Positions 18,471-27,494 of a DNA stretch of 64,000 nt are shown here, one piece after another. Made by a program: the position numbers and the translations under genes. The notes beneath the pieces were generated by a model. That model was not told the origin of the DNA. It saw nothing but the letters and a program-made list of their open reading frames with translations, and did not search any database. The stretch covers positions 19,887 through 83,886 of the forward strand of contig JAZKAJ010000005.1 of assembly GCA_040389185.1 (NCBI GenBank), written 5' to 3'. How positions within the stretch are numbered: the stretch's first letter is position 1; each line of letters starts with the position of its first letter. The DNA comes from Patescibacteria group bacterium. Lineage in GTDB: Bacteria > Patescibacteriota > Minisyncoccia > Phycocordibacterales > CAIRYW01.

Positions 18471-18584
18471 CCCGTTCGAGATAGGAGGCGCTTTTGACAC
18501 GCTTGATATCAGTATTAATTAGTAAAATCGTAATTGCGTATATAAATATTATATTTTCTTTCCTAAGCGCTTCCGTAGTTTATG
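18471..18584 (-). promoter_or_regulatory. Conserved 5' leader (proS copy): upstream box CATAAACTACGGAAGCGCTTAGG and start-proximal box AAGCGCCTCCTATCTCGAACGGG-ATG.
   Basis: Near-identical boxes with the same ~110-nt spacing occur upstream of ftsI at 7803-7912. The two boxes are mutually complementary (GGAAGCGCTT / AAGCGCYTCC). Confidence 0.4.
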
Positions 18585-18882
18585 TATATACAACATGAAT
18601 CATTCCGCGTTTCGAGATAATCACCTTAAGTATGATTACCTAACTAAGCAATCTCGAACGGGATTCATTCGAGTATTCTACCATATTATTAAAATATTTT
18701 TTAGCGACGTAAAACGAGCAAAGAGAAAGTGTACCCACTTCCTCTTTCGAGTCGAGGAGCTAATATGGATCCTTATCTCGATTAAAGTCAATCAGGTATG
18801 AAGGATAACTAGAGCCGATTCCGCGAGAATATCTAAAGCAAGCTCAAGATCCTCTTTTCTTTCTTTACAAATCCTATATTTT

Positions 18883-19215
18883 GTGACATTGTGTAATAAA
18901 CGAACGGAGGCAAGTATCATGACTAAGAAAATGATAAGGGAGCTCGTTAAGTACCTTGACGGCGAAGCTAGAAAAGAGAGCAAGGAGTTTGGATATCCAC
19001 CTTCAAAAAAGGAACTGAAGCGTCTAATTCAAAATGATGCTGAACTCGCCGAAAACACTCTGGCATTGCACCTTAAAGATATTTTGACTGAAATTAATTT
19101 GATCGGCTTATTCTGGTCCTTAGATGGACACGACTATGCCAATCAAGCGAGAGTTCTGCTCAAACATCTTTGCGAGAAATGGAGGGTAACCCCTCAGCGA
19201 AGAAAAATTCGCTAA
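18883..19215 (+). CDS. Hypothetical protein (about 98-110 aa).
   Basis: ORF only. An alternative start is MTKKMIREL at 18919. Confidence 0.4.
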   Translation: MTLCNKRTEASIMTKKMIRELVKYLDGEARKESKEFGYPPSKKELKRLIQNDAELAENTLALHLKDILTEINLIGLFWSLDGHDYANQARVLLKHLCEKWRVTPQRRKIR

Positions 19216-19340
19216 CATCAACAATGACTCCAGCACATGAAGTGTGGGGGTCATTTTTTACTCAGTACCATAATTTCTCCGAAATTTTGGTGCTGGATTC
19301 ATTGACAAAATCTGCTTAAAATTGTATAGTATAAGGAATC

Positions 19341-19601
19341 ATGAATACCGCCCTAACTACCCTGATTGCATGGCTTCCGTTCTTTTTCAAACTATGGTTT
19401 GTTTCTGGAATAATCACTTTCTTCTTGCGAATCTCACAGAGTGGCAAAAAGCGTGAAGAAATGATCGAAAGATCAAGACTTCTTCGCGAGACTGAGTGGG
19501 TCCATACTTTCGAATTTATCTTTTTTTTCTTCTATGGGTTAGCGGGTTTGATTCACACAATCAAAAACCTCTTGTCCAAGTCAGACGAAGACGGGGTTTA
19601 A
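19341..19601 (+). CDS. Small membrane protein (86 aa), hypothetical.
   Basis: Two hydrophobic helices. Followed by a terminator at 19620-19653. Confidence 0.45.
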   Translation: MNTALTTLIAWLPFFFKLWFVSGIITFFLRISQSGKKREEMIERSRLLRETEWVHTFEFIFFFFYGLAGLIHTIKNLLSKSDEDGV

Positions 19602-19619
19602 ATTTCTAACAAAAACCAA

Positions 19620-19653
19620 GTTCCCAATCGCACAAGTGATGGGAACTTTTTTA
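19620..19653 (+). terminator. Intrinsic terminator (gttcccaatcgcacaagtgatgggaac plus T6).
   Basis: Hairpin plus T-run lying after the 19341-19601 CDS. Confidence 0.6.
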
Positions 19654-19704
19654 TTTAATAAAAAAGCTATTTGTAATTTTCTGCACGACCGTGTGGAAAA
19701 TTAC

Positions 19705-19744
19705 ACATACAACATTTGTCACGGCCGTGACAAATGTTGTATGT
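19705..19744. repeat. Perfect 19-bp-arm palindrome (acatacaacatttgtcacg-gc-cgtgacaaatgttgtatgt) followed by T5.
   Basis: Read directly from the sequence. Lies between convergent genes. Confidence 0.6.
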
Positions 19745-19761
19745 TTTTGGCATCAAATCTA

Positions 19762-19792
19762 AATGCGTCGCACCCTTTGGGTGCGACGCATT
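19762..19792. repeat. GC-rich palindromic hairpin aatgcgtcgcaccc-ttt-gggtgcgacgcatt; an identical copy lies at 47641-47671.
   Basis: The 31-32 nt exact repeat occurs at two distant loci, both at convergent gene ends. Confidence 0.6.
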
Positions 19793-19836
19793 CTTTTGGA
19801 TCTCCCAACAATCTCACCAACTTTCACAATCTCCTA

Positions 19837-20925
19837 CTAAAAAAGTTTCACCACATCCGAAATAGTCACAGTGAGCATAAGGATCATGAGAAGTCCGAAA
19901 CCAACGAGATTGAGAGTATTGGCTATGACAGGTTTGATTTGTCGTCTTATGATTGCTTCTATAGCAACAAAAAGTAGTCGTCCTCCATCGAGCGCTGGAA
20001 ATGGTAAAAGATTGATCACTGCCAGATTCAAAGAAATGATCGCAATAAATGAAAAGAGTGTCGACGCGCCAAATTCTCTTGCTTGATTCAAATATCCTGC
20101 GATTCCTATTGGCCCTGAAACATCTTGGAGATTTGCATGAAGTACAAATGCGCTTCCAAAGAATTTCAAAGTTCCAACCATTGTCGCATTAAACATATGA
20201 TAAGTAGATTTTGCACCCTCAAGAAGCGCCGCAAAGAACCCGAGTTTTGTATTTTCAATATCTGCCATCTGTACTCCGATAACATAAGCTCCGTTCGGAG
20301 CTGCTTTTGCCATAACGCTTGTTGTCGCTTTCTCAGTTCCTCGGATATATGAAAGTACAACAGGTAGTCCTTTTGATTCCGTGACAACTTCTTTTATTTT
20401 TTCTGCACTGATTTTCGCATCCGTAGTTGTTGATACAGTTTTTTGTGAAGAGGTAATATCTGTAATAAGGTCTCCTGATTTTAGTCCAACCGCTTCTGCA
20501 GGAGAACCCTTGATGACATCAGTCACAAATACATAATTGCCAGATGACACATTTGAAGCCTGTGGAGCACCAATCATAAAACTTGCTGAAAGCAGTATCC
20601 AAGCAAAAAAAATATTCATGACAATTCCCGCAACTAAAATCGCAGCCTGAATATGTCGAGGTTTGTTGATAAAGCTTCTTGCTTTGTCCGGTCCATCCAT
20701 TGAGTCTTCATCAGGATTCTCTCCAAAGATCTTCACGTACCCCCCAAATGGAATGAGATTGATTGCGTATGTTGTCTCGCCATATTTTTTGGCGTAGATT
20801 CTTGGGGGAAATCCAATTGCGAATTCATCAACTCGGACTCCAGATTTCTTGGCAACCAAAAAATGCCCAAGTTCGTGGACGAAAACCAATATTGAAATAA
20901 CAAGAATGAGTGTAATGAACGACAT
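19837..20925 (-). CDS. rseP: Regulated intramembrane protease RseP (site-2 protease, M50 with PDZ).
   Basis: 362-aa ORF with the HELGHF zinc motif near the N-terminus, a PDZ region and the C-terminal LLPxxxLDGG motif. Confidence 0.88.
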   Translation of the reverse strand: MSFITLILVISILVFVHELGHFLVAKKSGVRVDEFAIGFPPRIYAKKYGETTYAINLIPFGGYVKIFGENPDEDSMDGPDKARSFINKPRHIQAAILVAGIVMNIFFAWILLSASFMIGAPQASNVSSGNYVFVTDVIKGSPAEAVGLKSGDLITDITSSQKTVSTTTDAKISAEKIKEVVTESKGLPVVLSYIRGTEKATTSVMAKAAPNGAYVIGVQMADIENTKLGFFAALLEGAKSTYHMFNATMVGTLKFFGSAFVLHANLQDVSGPIGIAGYLNQAREFGASTLFSFIAIISLNLAVINLLPFPALDGGRLLFVAIEAIIRRQIKPVIANTLNLVGFGLLMILMLTVTISDVVKLF

Positions 20926-20928
20926 GTA

Positions 20929-21477
20929 TTAGTTCATTATTTCTTCTTCTTTTTTAACTGTGAGCATTTCGAGTTTATCTGTTCCCTCCTTGATGAGTTT
21001 GTCTACTTCTGCCTTTGCTCGCATAACTTCGTCTTCACTCATCTCACTTTCTTTTTTCTTGTTGCTTAGATCATCATTCACACTGTTTCGCTCTTGTCTT
21101 AGAGTTACTTTTGCATCTTCAAGTTTACTCTTTGCAATCTTTACGAAGTTTCCTCTTGATTCTGTTGTAAGTGGTGGGAATGATACCCGGATACCCTTGT
21201 CATCCACAGAAACAGAAAGACCAGTGTTTGAAATGAGAATTGCCTTTTCGATTCCTTTGATATTTGAAGAATCCCAAGGTAATACTCGAAGTGTTCGAGG
21301 ATCTTCGATAGAGACGTTTGCTACCTGATTGACTGGCATCTGTGATCCGTACACCTCAACAAACACACCATCAAGCATTGCCGGTGTTGCTCGTCCTGTA
21401 CGAATCTGACTAAACTCTTTTACGAGCCATTCTTCCGTGTCTTTTATTTTGTTTTTGAAATCTGAAAAGTTATACAT
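20929..21477 (-). CDS. frr: Ribosome recycling factor.
   Basis: 182-aa ORF with the typical RRF length and conserved segments (VRTGRA-like IRTGRATPAMLD and a C-terminal coiled coil). Confidence 0.92.
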   Translation of the reverse strand: MYNFSDFKNKIKDTEEWLVKEFSQIRTGRATPAMLDGVFVEVYGSQMPVNQVANVSIEDPRTLRVLPWDSSNIKGIEKAILISNTGLSVSVDDKGIRVSFPPLTTESRGNFVKIAKSKLEDAKVTLRQERNSVNDDLSNKKKESEMSEDEVMRAKAEVDKLIKEGTDKLEMLTVKKEEEIMN

Positions 21478-21569
21478 GGTGGAATTTGGATTATAGATTA
21501 TAGATTATAGATTTTTGAATAATTACGTATACAATTATAGCTTAAAATGAAGGTAAATACAAAAAAAAT

Positions 21570-21599
21570 AGCGCCGTCTCGATAAATCGAGACGGCGCT
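21570..21599 (-). terminator. Perfect palindrome agcgccgtctcgat-aa-atcgagacggcgct preceded by A8 (so T8 on the minus strand).
   Basis: Lies downstream of the minus-strand CDS 21608-22219. Confidence 0.6.
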
Positions 21600-21607
21600 G
21601 AGGAGTC

Positions 21608-22219
21608 TTAAGCAACTGCCGCCACATAAGTGTCATCAATCACATCACCTACCCAACAATGAAATTGATTCCATCCATGCCGAGTACGCTCAAGAACATG
21701 AACACGCCACTCATTATGGCCAATGCGAAATTTTGAGTCACCAAAGACCACAAAACGAACACTTGGATCATCAGGCATGAGATGAGAGTTTTCTGGCTGG
21801 TGGTAAAAAAGCATAGCCTCTTCTCCAAGATTTTTCACACCATCTTCCTGTGCAGCAGAGATTAACTGATCATAAATCCAACTGCCCACAGCTGGAACAG
21901 GTCTAGCGATTTTAAGGGGTCCATAGATCTTGGATAGCCCTACTTTAAGAAGTAAACTTTTCATCGCTTCCTTCATTTCAGTACGTCTTTTTTCATTACC
22001 AAATCTGATCACTTCTGCAGCTTGACCCATGAACTCCAAAAGTAGATTGAGTTGTTGAGGAGTTTCGAGTGGTAATTGCCCTATCATCCTAAATGCATGC
22101 TGAGCATGCTCCCATCCGAGTGTTTTCGTTGACATAGTGTTTGCTATGGTTGCGCTGACCGTAAGGGCAGCCTTGTTGTTTTGTAGACCGTAGCGACGTA
22201 GTGTCACCACAGATTTCAA
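21608..22219 (-). CDS. Hypothetical protein (203 aa), higher GC than the flanks.
   Basis: ORF bounded by strong hairpins on both sides. No motif recognised. Confidence 0.45.
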   Translation of the reverse strand: MKSVVTLRRYGLQNNKAALTVSATIANTMSTKTLGWEHAQHAFRMIGQLPLETPQQLNLLLEFMGQAAEVIRFGNEKRRTEMKEAMKSLLLKVGLSKIYGPLKIARPVPAVGSWIYDQLISAAQEDGVKNLGEEAMLFYHQPENSHLMPDDPSVRFVVFGDSKFRIGHNEWRVHVLERTRHGWNQFHCWVGDVIDDTYVAAVA

Positions 22220-22307
22220 TCTTCAAAAAAGACTCAAATCTGCGGTGAACTTTCTCATATATTCAAGGAACGTGATTCTGAGAATTAAAACACAAATTTT
22301 AATATTT

Positions 22308-22342
22308 AACAAGCATCGTCGCCTTTGGCGACGATGCTTGTT
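22308..22342. repeat. Palindromic hairpin aacaagcatcgtcgcc-tttg-gcgacgatgcttgtt (16-bp arms).
   Basis: It shares the gtcgc-tttg-gcgac core with hairpins at 2696-2717 and 19762-19792, and the aagcatcg...cgatgctt arms with the hairpin at 29600-29626. Confidence 0.55.
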
Positions 22343-22360
22343 AAATTTGTATTTTGTTAT

Positions 22361-23023
22361 TTACAAAGCTAGGACCACACTCTCCAAAAGAATCTTTACT
22401 GATGATGATTTGTCTTCAAGATAGTCGAGCGCTTTCGCGGTAGCTTTGAGAGCAACGAGATTATTACCCTTTTCCCCTTTCTTCACCTTCTCTTCAAGAA
22501 AATAATGAATACCTAAAAGAAATTGTTTTATTGTTTGTTTGTTACCCCCATCTTTATAATCCTTAACCATCTTTTCAATCTCTTTTAGTTTCTCCCCGAC
22601 TGACATTTTCATAAAACCATCCACATTTACCACCTCCACTTCTTTTTTGTTTTTATATATTGAAAGTCTTGAGCGTAGTGTCGGCAGAAGTCCATCTGCA
22701 GTATAGGTGTTTAAAACAAATTTGAGCTGCGGACTCGGGTCTTCAAAAATTTTGAGGAATGCATTCTGCGCATCATTCGTAATCGAATCAAAACTAAAGA
22801 CGATTATTTTCTTCTCATTTTGAACTGGTGCACCAAGTGACATTTCAATAACATTTCGTGCATCCTCAATTCCAAACTTTTGATATGCAAGGAAAAATAT
22901 ATCAGGATTACCATCCACAAGAAGTCCTACATCCGTAAGACCTGATTTGATCAAGTCTAAAGAAGCTATAGGCTCCCCTTCAACAAGAATCGCATGATGA
23001 GAATTTAAAATTTTACTGAGCAT
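22361..23023 (-). CDS. holB: DNA polymerase III delta-prime-like clamp-loader subunit, short form.
   Basis: 220-aa ORF with an LPTLRSRL sensor-2-like (T-x-x-SRC type) motif. No Walker A is present. Confidence 0.45.
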   Translation of the reverse strand: MLSKILNSHHAILVEGEPIASLDLIKSGLTDVGLLVDGNPDIFFLAYQKFGIEDARNVIEMSLGAPVQNEKKIIVFSFDSITNDAQNAFLKIFEDPSPQLKFVLNTYTADGLLPTLRSRLSIYKNKKEVEVVNVDGFMKMSVGEKLKEIEKMVKDYKDGGNKQTIKQFLLGIHYFLEEKVKKGEKGNNLVALKATAKALDYLEDKSSSVKILLESVVLAL

Positions 23024-23099
23024 CGATTTTAAATTTTATAAAAATGAATTCAACTGTCTGATTTTGAAATTAAAAATTACAAAATTAAAAATTTGATTT

Positions 23100-24113
23100 C
23101 TAACGCTTAGAAATCACAGTCTTCTTATAAGTCTCGAGGTGTTCGAGCGCAATTCCTGTTCCCATCGCCACACAAAAAAGTGCATTCTCTGCAAGTTTCG
23201 CCTTCACGCCCGTTCGTCTAAATACGAGTTCTGGAAGATTTCGAAGTTGGGACGACCCGCCAGTCATAGTGATTCCCTGATCGATAATATCTGATGCGAG
23301 TTCTGGTGGAGTTTCTTGGAGTACATCCTTGATCGCCTGAATCATTTCTCGAAGTTCTTTGGCTATTGCTCGCACAATTTCATTAGTCTTCACCTCAACA
23401 GATCGCGGGAGTCCTGAAAGGCAGTCTCGTCCTTTGACAGACATCACAAGCTCTTCGTCCATTGGTATCGCGGAGCCAACACCGATCTTGATATCTTCTG
23501 CAGTCTTGTCTCCAACCATAAGGTTGTAGTGTTTTTTCATGTAGTCGATGATACCAGCATCAATTCTGTTACCAGCACATTTGACCGATGTAGAAGCCAC
23601 AATTCCTCCAAGCGAGATCACTGCGACATCTGTCGTTCCTCCTCCTACATCAACAATCATGTGTCCAAGTGGTTCTTGAATAGAAATACCTGCACCGATC
23701 GCGGCCAAGATTGGCTCCTTCACCACGAATGCATTTTTGGCACCTGCTTTGACCGCAGCTTCGATTACTGCTCGTCTTTCTGTTGAAGTCACTCCAGCTG
23801 GAACCGAGATCATCACCTCAGGACGGATAAAATTCCATTTGCCCAAAGCTTTTGAAATATAGTACCGAAGCATCGCTTCAGTCACACGATAGTCAGCGAT
23901 AACCCCATCTTTCATCGGGCGATATGCGATAATATTGTCTGGAGTTTTTCCAATCATCTCTTTCGCTTCATTACCTACTGCCAAAATCTTGTTCTCTGAT
24001 TCAGAAACTGCAACAACAGAGGGTTCATTCAAAACAATTCCACGGCCAGGTACAAATACGAGCGTATTTGCTGTTCCAAGATCGATCCCTAATTTTCGAG
24101 TAAAAAATGACAT
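23100..24113 (-). CDS. Second MreB/Mbl-like actin homologue.
   Basis: 337-aa ORF with LGIDLGTANTLVFV and DVGGGTTD motifs. It is a paralog of the mreB at 16141-17205. Confidence 0.88.
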   Translation of the reverse strand: MSFFTRKLGIDLGTANTLVFVPGRGIVLNEPSVVAVSESENKILAVGNEAKEMIGKTPDNIIAYRPMKDGVIADYRVTEAMLRYYISKALGKWNFIRPEVMISVPAGVTSTERRAVIEAAVKAGAKNAFVVKEPILAAIGAGISIQEPLGHMIVDVGGGTTDVAVISLGGIVASTSVKCAGNRIDAGIIDYMKKHYNLMVGDKTAEDIKIGVGSAIPMDEELVMSVKGRDCLSGLPRSVEVKTNEIVRAIAKELREMIQAIKDVLQETPPELASDIIDQGITMTGGSSQLRNLPELVFRRTGVKAKLAENALFCVAMGTGIALEHLETYKKTVISKR

Positions 24114-24159
24114 AGATAGAGTATATATTGGAAAAACAAATTATGCTATACTTTTCCAA

Positions 24160-25491
24160 ATGCAGAAAAAAGCACTAAAAACCGAAGAGTCTCCAAAAAC
24201 TCTAGACTTCACCATCGAAGGTGGACACAAACTCAAGGGTGAAATCGAGATCAAAAAGTCCAAAAATGCGAGTGTTGCTGTCCTTTGTGCTTCTCTTTTG
24301 AACGCAGGCACAACAACTCTAAAAAAAATTCCCAAAATCGAAGAGGTTTTCCGGATACTTGAAGTCTTTGAAAGTATTGGAGTAAAAACAGAATGGCAAG
24401 GTGACGATCTCGTCATAAATGTCGGCAAAATAAATCTCAAAAACATAAACAGGGATTCTGCAGAGAAAACTCGAACAGTCATTATGATGATTGGACCTCT
24501 CATTCATTTATTCAAAAAATTTGAGATCCCAAATGCTGGAGGGTGTAAACTCGGAAGTCGAATCGTCTCTCCACATTTTTATGCACTTGAGAATTTTGGT
24601 GTAACAATTAAAACAGAATCTGAAAAATACATAATCAAAAACAAAAAGCTAATCCCTAGTGAGTTCATATTATACGAAATGGGAGATACAGTGACAGAAA
24701 ATGCACTTATGGCAGCGTCAAAAATCGATGGGATTTCAAGCATAAAATTTGCATCTTCAAACTATATGGTGCAGGACCTGTGTCATTTCCTTGAGGCACT
24801 AGGTGTTCGAATAGATGGTATAGGCACATCAACACTTGTGATCCACGGAGTCAAAGAGATTAATAAAGATATCACTTTTGAAATCAGTGAAGACCCTATT
24901 GAGGCAATGTTCTTCCTCACATCAGCTATTGTTACAAAATCAACAATTACAATCAAAAAGTGTCCCATAGACTTTCTGCTTCTTGAACTTTTGAAACTCA
25001 AAAAAATGGGATTTAAATATTCTACATCAGAAATTTACAAGGGCGAGAATGGTTTTGTAAATCTTATCGATATCAAGACTTTCCCATCAACACTCACAGC
25101 CCTTCCAGAAAAAATACACTCAATTCCATATCCAGGTATCAATATGGATAACCTTCCCTTCTTTGCAGTCATTGCAACCCAAGCCAAAGGTGAGACTTTT
25201 ATTCATGACTGGGTATACGAGAATCGTGCAATCTATTACACAGAACTTCAAAAGCTTGGAGCGGACGTACTCCTTGCCGATCCACATCGTGTATACATCA
25301 AAGGCGAGACTCCACTTAAAGCCGCAGATATCGTCACTCCTCCTGCACTTCGACCGGCTGCAATCATTCTTATTGGAATGCTCGGTGCAAAAGGCACATC
25401 AATACTTCGAAATGTCTATTCAATCAGCCGAGGATATGAAGACCTTGCTGAAAGACTCAATAAACTAGGAGCGAAGATTTCAGTGAATTAA
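24160..25491 (+). CDS. murA: UDP-N-acetylglucosamine 1-carboxyvinyltransferase.
   Basis: EPSP-synthase-like fold with the active-site loop PNAGGCKLGSRI and an N-terminal LKGEIEIKKSKNASVA segment. The upstream ORF extension 23935-24159 overlaps mreB2 and is rejected, leaving the ATG at 24160. Confidence 0.88.
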   Translation: MQKKALKTEESPKTLDFTIEGGHKLKGEIEIKKSKNASVAVLCASLLNAGTTTLKKIPKIEEVFRILEVFESIGVKTEWQGDDLVINVGKINLKNINRDSAEKTRTVIMMIGPLIHLFKKFEIPNAGGCKLGSRIVSPHFYALENFGVTIKTESEKYIIKNKKLIPSEFILYEMGDTVTENALMAASKIDGISSIKFASSNYMVQDLCHFLEALGVRIDGIGTSTLVIHGVKEINKDITFEISEDPIEAMFFLTSAIVTKSTITIKKCPIDFLLLELLKLKKMGFKYSTSEIYKGENGFVNLIDIKTFPSTLTALPEKIHSIPYPGINMDNLPFFAVIATQAKGETFIHDWVYENRAIYYTELQKLGADVLLADPHRVYIKGETPLKAADIVTPPALRPAAIILIGMLGAKGTSILRNVYSISRGYEDLAERLNKLGAKISVN

Positions 25492-25552
25492 GCCTACTCA
25501 ATTGAATATAGGCAAGATTCGTCACAACAGGTAATCTGCTATAATTCTCAAC

Positions 25553-27448
25553 ATGAGACTCCTATCCATAGTCCCCATAGCTCGAGGCATCCGTAAGGAG
25601 ACGCTTACCTATTTTTCAACCAAAGATATCGCCGCGGGCTCTTTGGTGACCATTCCCCTTCGTAAAAAGGAGGTACCTGGGATTGTACTCGAATCACTCG
25701 ATGCAATGCAGAACAAATCCGCGATCAAGGATATGAAATTCACCATCAAAAAGATTGTTGATTTTGATAACAAGGTGTCACTCCCAGAATTTCTCATGAA
25801 TGCAGCAGAGAAGATATCCACACTCTCTGCCACAAGTATTGGAAGCACACTCGCATCCCTCGTGCCAAAGATCTGTTTTGAAAATCCAAAAATATTCTTT
25901 AAAAGAGAAGCTGACGGAGCCAAACACAGAATCGGAAGAGAGGTCTCAAGCGAAGTGCTCGCAATACAGCTTCACAACGAAGCTCGAATGGATACTTACC
26001 GAAGCCTTATCAGAGAATCATTTGCGAAGAAAAAATCAATTGCAATCATCTGTCCTACTATCGAGAGAATTAGTGAGATGAAAGAACTGCTCTCAAAAGG
26101 AATCACCGAATACACAGTCACACTTCATAATCCAAACTCAAAGAAAAATCTGGAAGAATTTTCTAAATCCATAAATACTGAAAAGCATGCGGAACTTTTT
26201 ATTGGAACCTCTTATATACTTTCGCTCCTTAATCATTCTGTAGGCACAATTATTCTTGAAGAAGAATCTTCGCTTTTTTACAAAAACAAAAAAAGACCTT
26301 TTCTTGATACAAGGACAAGCGCTAAGGAAATCTCAAAAGAACTGGGCACGCGTCTCATATTCGGCGACAAGCTCTTGAGTGTTCAAACACTTGCAGAAAT
26401 ACGAGAAGGTAGAATCGTTGAATATGCCAGAATTGAAAAGAGGACCGCTCGCAAGATCCAAACACTTCTTGTGGACACTAAACCAAAAGAAGGTGAGAAA
26501 AAGAAGTTTTCAACCTTGAGCTCTGATCTCCGCGAAATGATCGAATACGGAATAAAGAGCAACAAAAAGATTCTCATTTATGCAACACGAAGAGGAGTAG
26601 CATCTCAAACGGTTTGCAATGATTGTGGCACGAGTGTGCTTTGTAATATATGCGAAAGTCCATTTGTCCTCCATACCATACGAGATAAAAGAATATTTAT
26701 TTGTCACCATTGCGGCAAAACCAAAGATGCTGATGAGAATTGTAAGATATGCCATAGCTGGAACTTTGTCCCACTTGGTATCGGTATCGAAAAGATAGAA
26801 GAAGAAATTAAAGGAATCGAAGGCGCGAATGTTATCCGGATAGACAGCGATAATTCAAAGACAACAAAAGAAATCAAAAATAAAATGGAGACATTTTATA
26901 AAACTGGAAATGTCCTTGTGACAACAGATCTTGGAATTCGATATCTTGAGGATTATTCTGTCGATTTCTCTGCTATCACTTCGCTCGACAGTCTCTTGTC
27001 ACTTCCTGATTTTCGAACAAGCGAGCGAATAATGCACATTATTCTCGATCTCAAATCGAAAACCAAAGACATGATACTTATCCAAGCTCGAAATCTTAAA
27101 AATAAGGTCATCGAACAAGCGCTTTCGGGGGACTTGGAAGGTTTTGCAAACGAAGAGATTAAAGCCCGAGAAACATTTGGATATGCACCATTTAAGCATA
27201 TTATTAAACTTTCAATTGAAGGCAAAAAAGATCAGATCAAACTCGATGCGGAGCAAATAATCACAAAGATTAAAAAATATAATCCTGTTATTTTCCCTGC
27301 GTTCATCAAATCAAGAAACAAGAATATTATTCTAAATATTATTATGAAACTTGGAAAGGAAGAATGGCCGAACAAAGAGCTTTTGGATACCCTACTTACG
27401 TTCCCGCCAAACGTGAAGATTGATGCGAGCCCTGCGAGTCTATTGTAA
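25553..27448 (+). CDS. priA: Primosomal protein N' (PriA)-like.
   Basis: 631-aa ORF with a PriA-type N-terminal 3'-DNA-binding domain and a CxxC...CxxC...CxxC...C zinc module. A canonical Walker A is not evident. Confidence 0.65.
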   Translation: MRLLSIVPIARGIRKETLTYFSTKDIAAGSLVTIPLRKKEVPGIVLESLDAMQNKSAIKDMKFTIKKIVDFDNKVSLPEFLMNAAEKISTLSATSIGSTLASLVPKICFENPKIFFKREADGAKHRIGREVSSEVLAIQLHNEARMDTYRSLIRESFAKKKSIAIICPTIERISEMKELLSKGITEYTVTLHNPNSKKNLEEFSKSINTEKHAELFIGTSYILSLLNHSVGTIILEEESSLFYKNKKRPFLDTRTSAKEISKELGTRLIFGDKLLSVQTLAEIREGRIVEYARIEKRTARKIQTLLVDTKPKEGEKKKFSTLSSDLREMIEYGIKSNKKILIYATRRGVASQTVCNDCGTSVLCNICESPFVLHTIRDKRIFICHHCGKTKDADENCKICHSWNFVPLGIGIEKIEEEIKGIEGANVIRIDSDNSKTTKEIKNKMETFYKTGNVLVTTDLGIRYLEDYSVDFSAITSLDSLLSLPDFRTSERIMHIILDLKSKTKDMILIQARNLKNKVIEQALSGDLEGFANEEIKARETFGYAPFKHIIKLSIEGKKDQIKLDAEQIITKIKKYNPVIFPAFIKSRNKNIILNIIMKLGKEEWPNKELLDTLLTFPPNVKIDASPASLL

Positions 27449-27494
27449 TAAATAAAATACACAACACCCGAAGGTGTTATGTATTTTATTTTGA

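Noticed and set aside
18471-18600. Possible T-box leader upstream of proS.
   Set aside because: The leader is only about 110 nt and lacks the conserved T-box sequence and specifier-loop architecture. The conserved boxes instead match the ftsI leader.
21487-21515. Tandem repeat attataga x3.5, examined as a possible CRISPR or minisatellite.
   Set aside because: Only about 28 nt, with no spacers or a repeat-spacer periodicity anywhere in the window. It is an ordinary AT-rich simple repeat in a promoter region. No CRISPR array is present.
23935-24159. 5' extension of the murA ORF in the six-frame track (MSGVFPIISF...).
   Set aside because: It overlaps the mreB paralog on the opposite strand for 180 nt and has a junk-like composition. 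MurA homology begins after the ATG at 24160.
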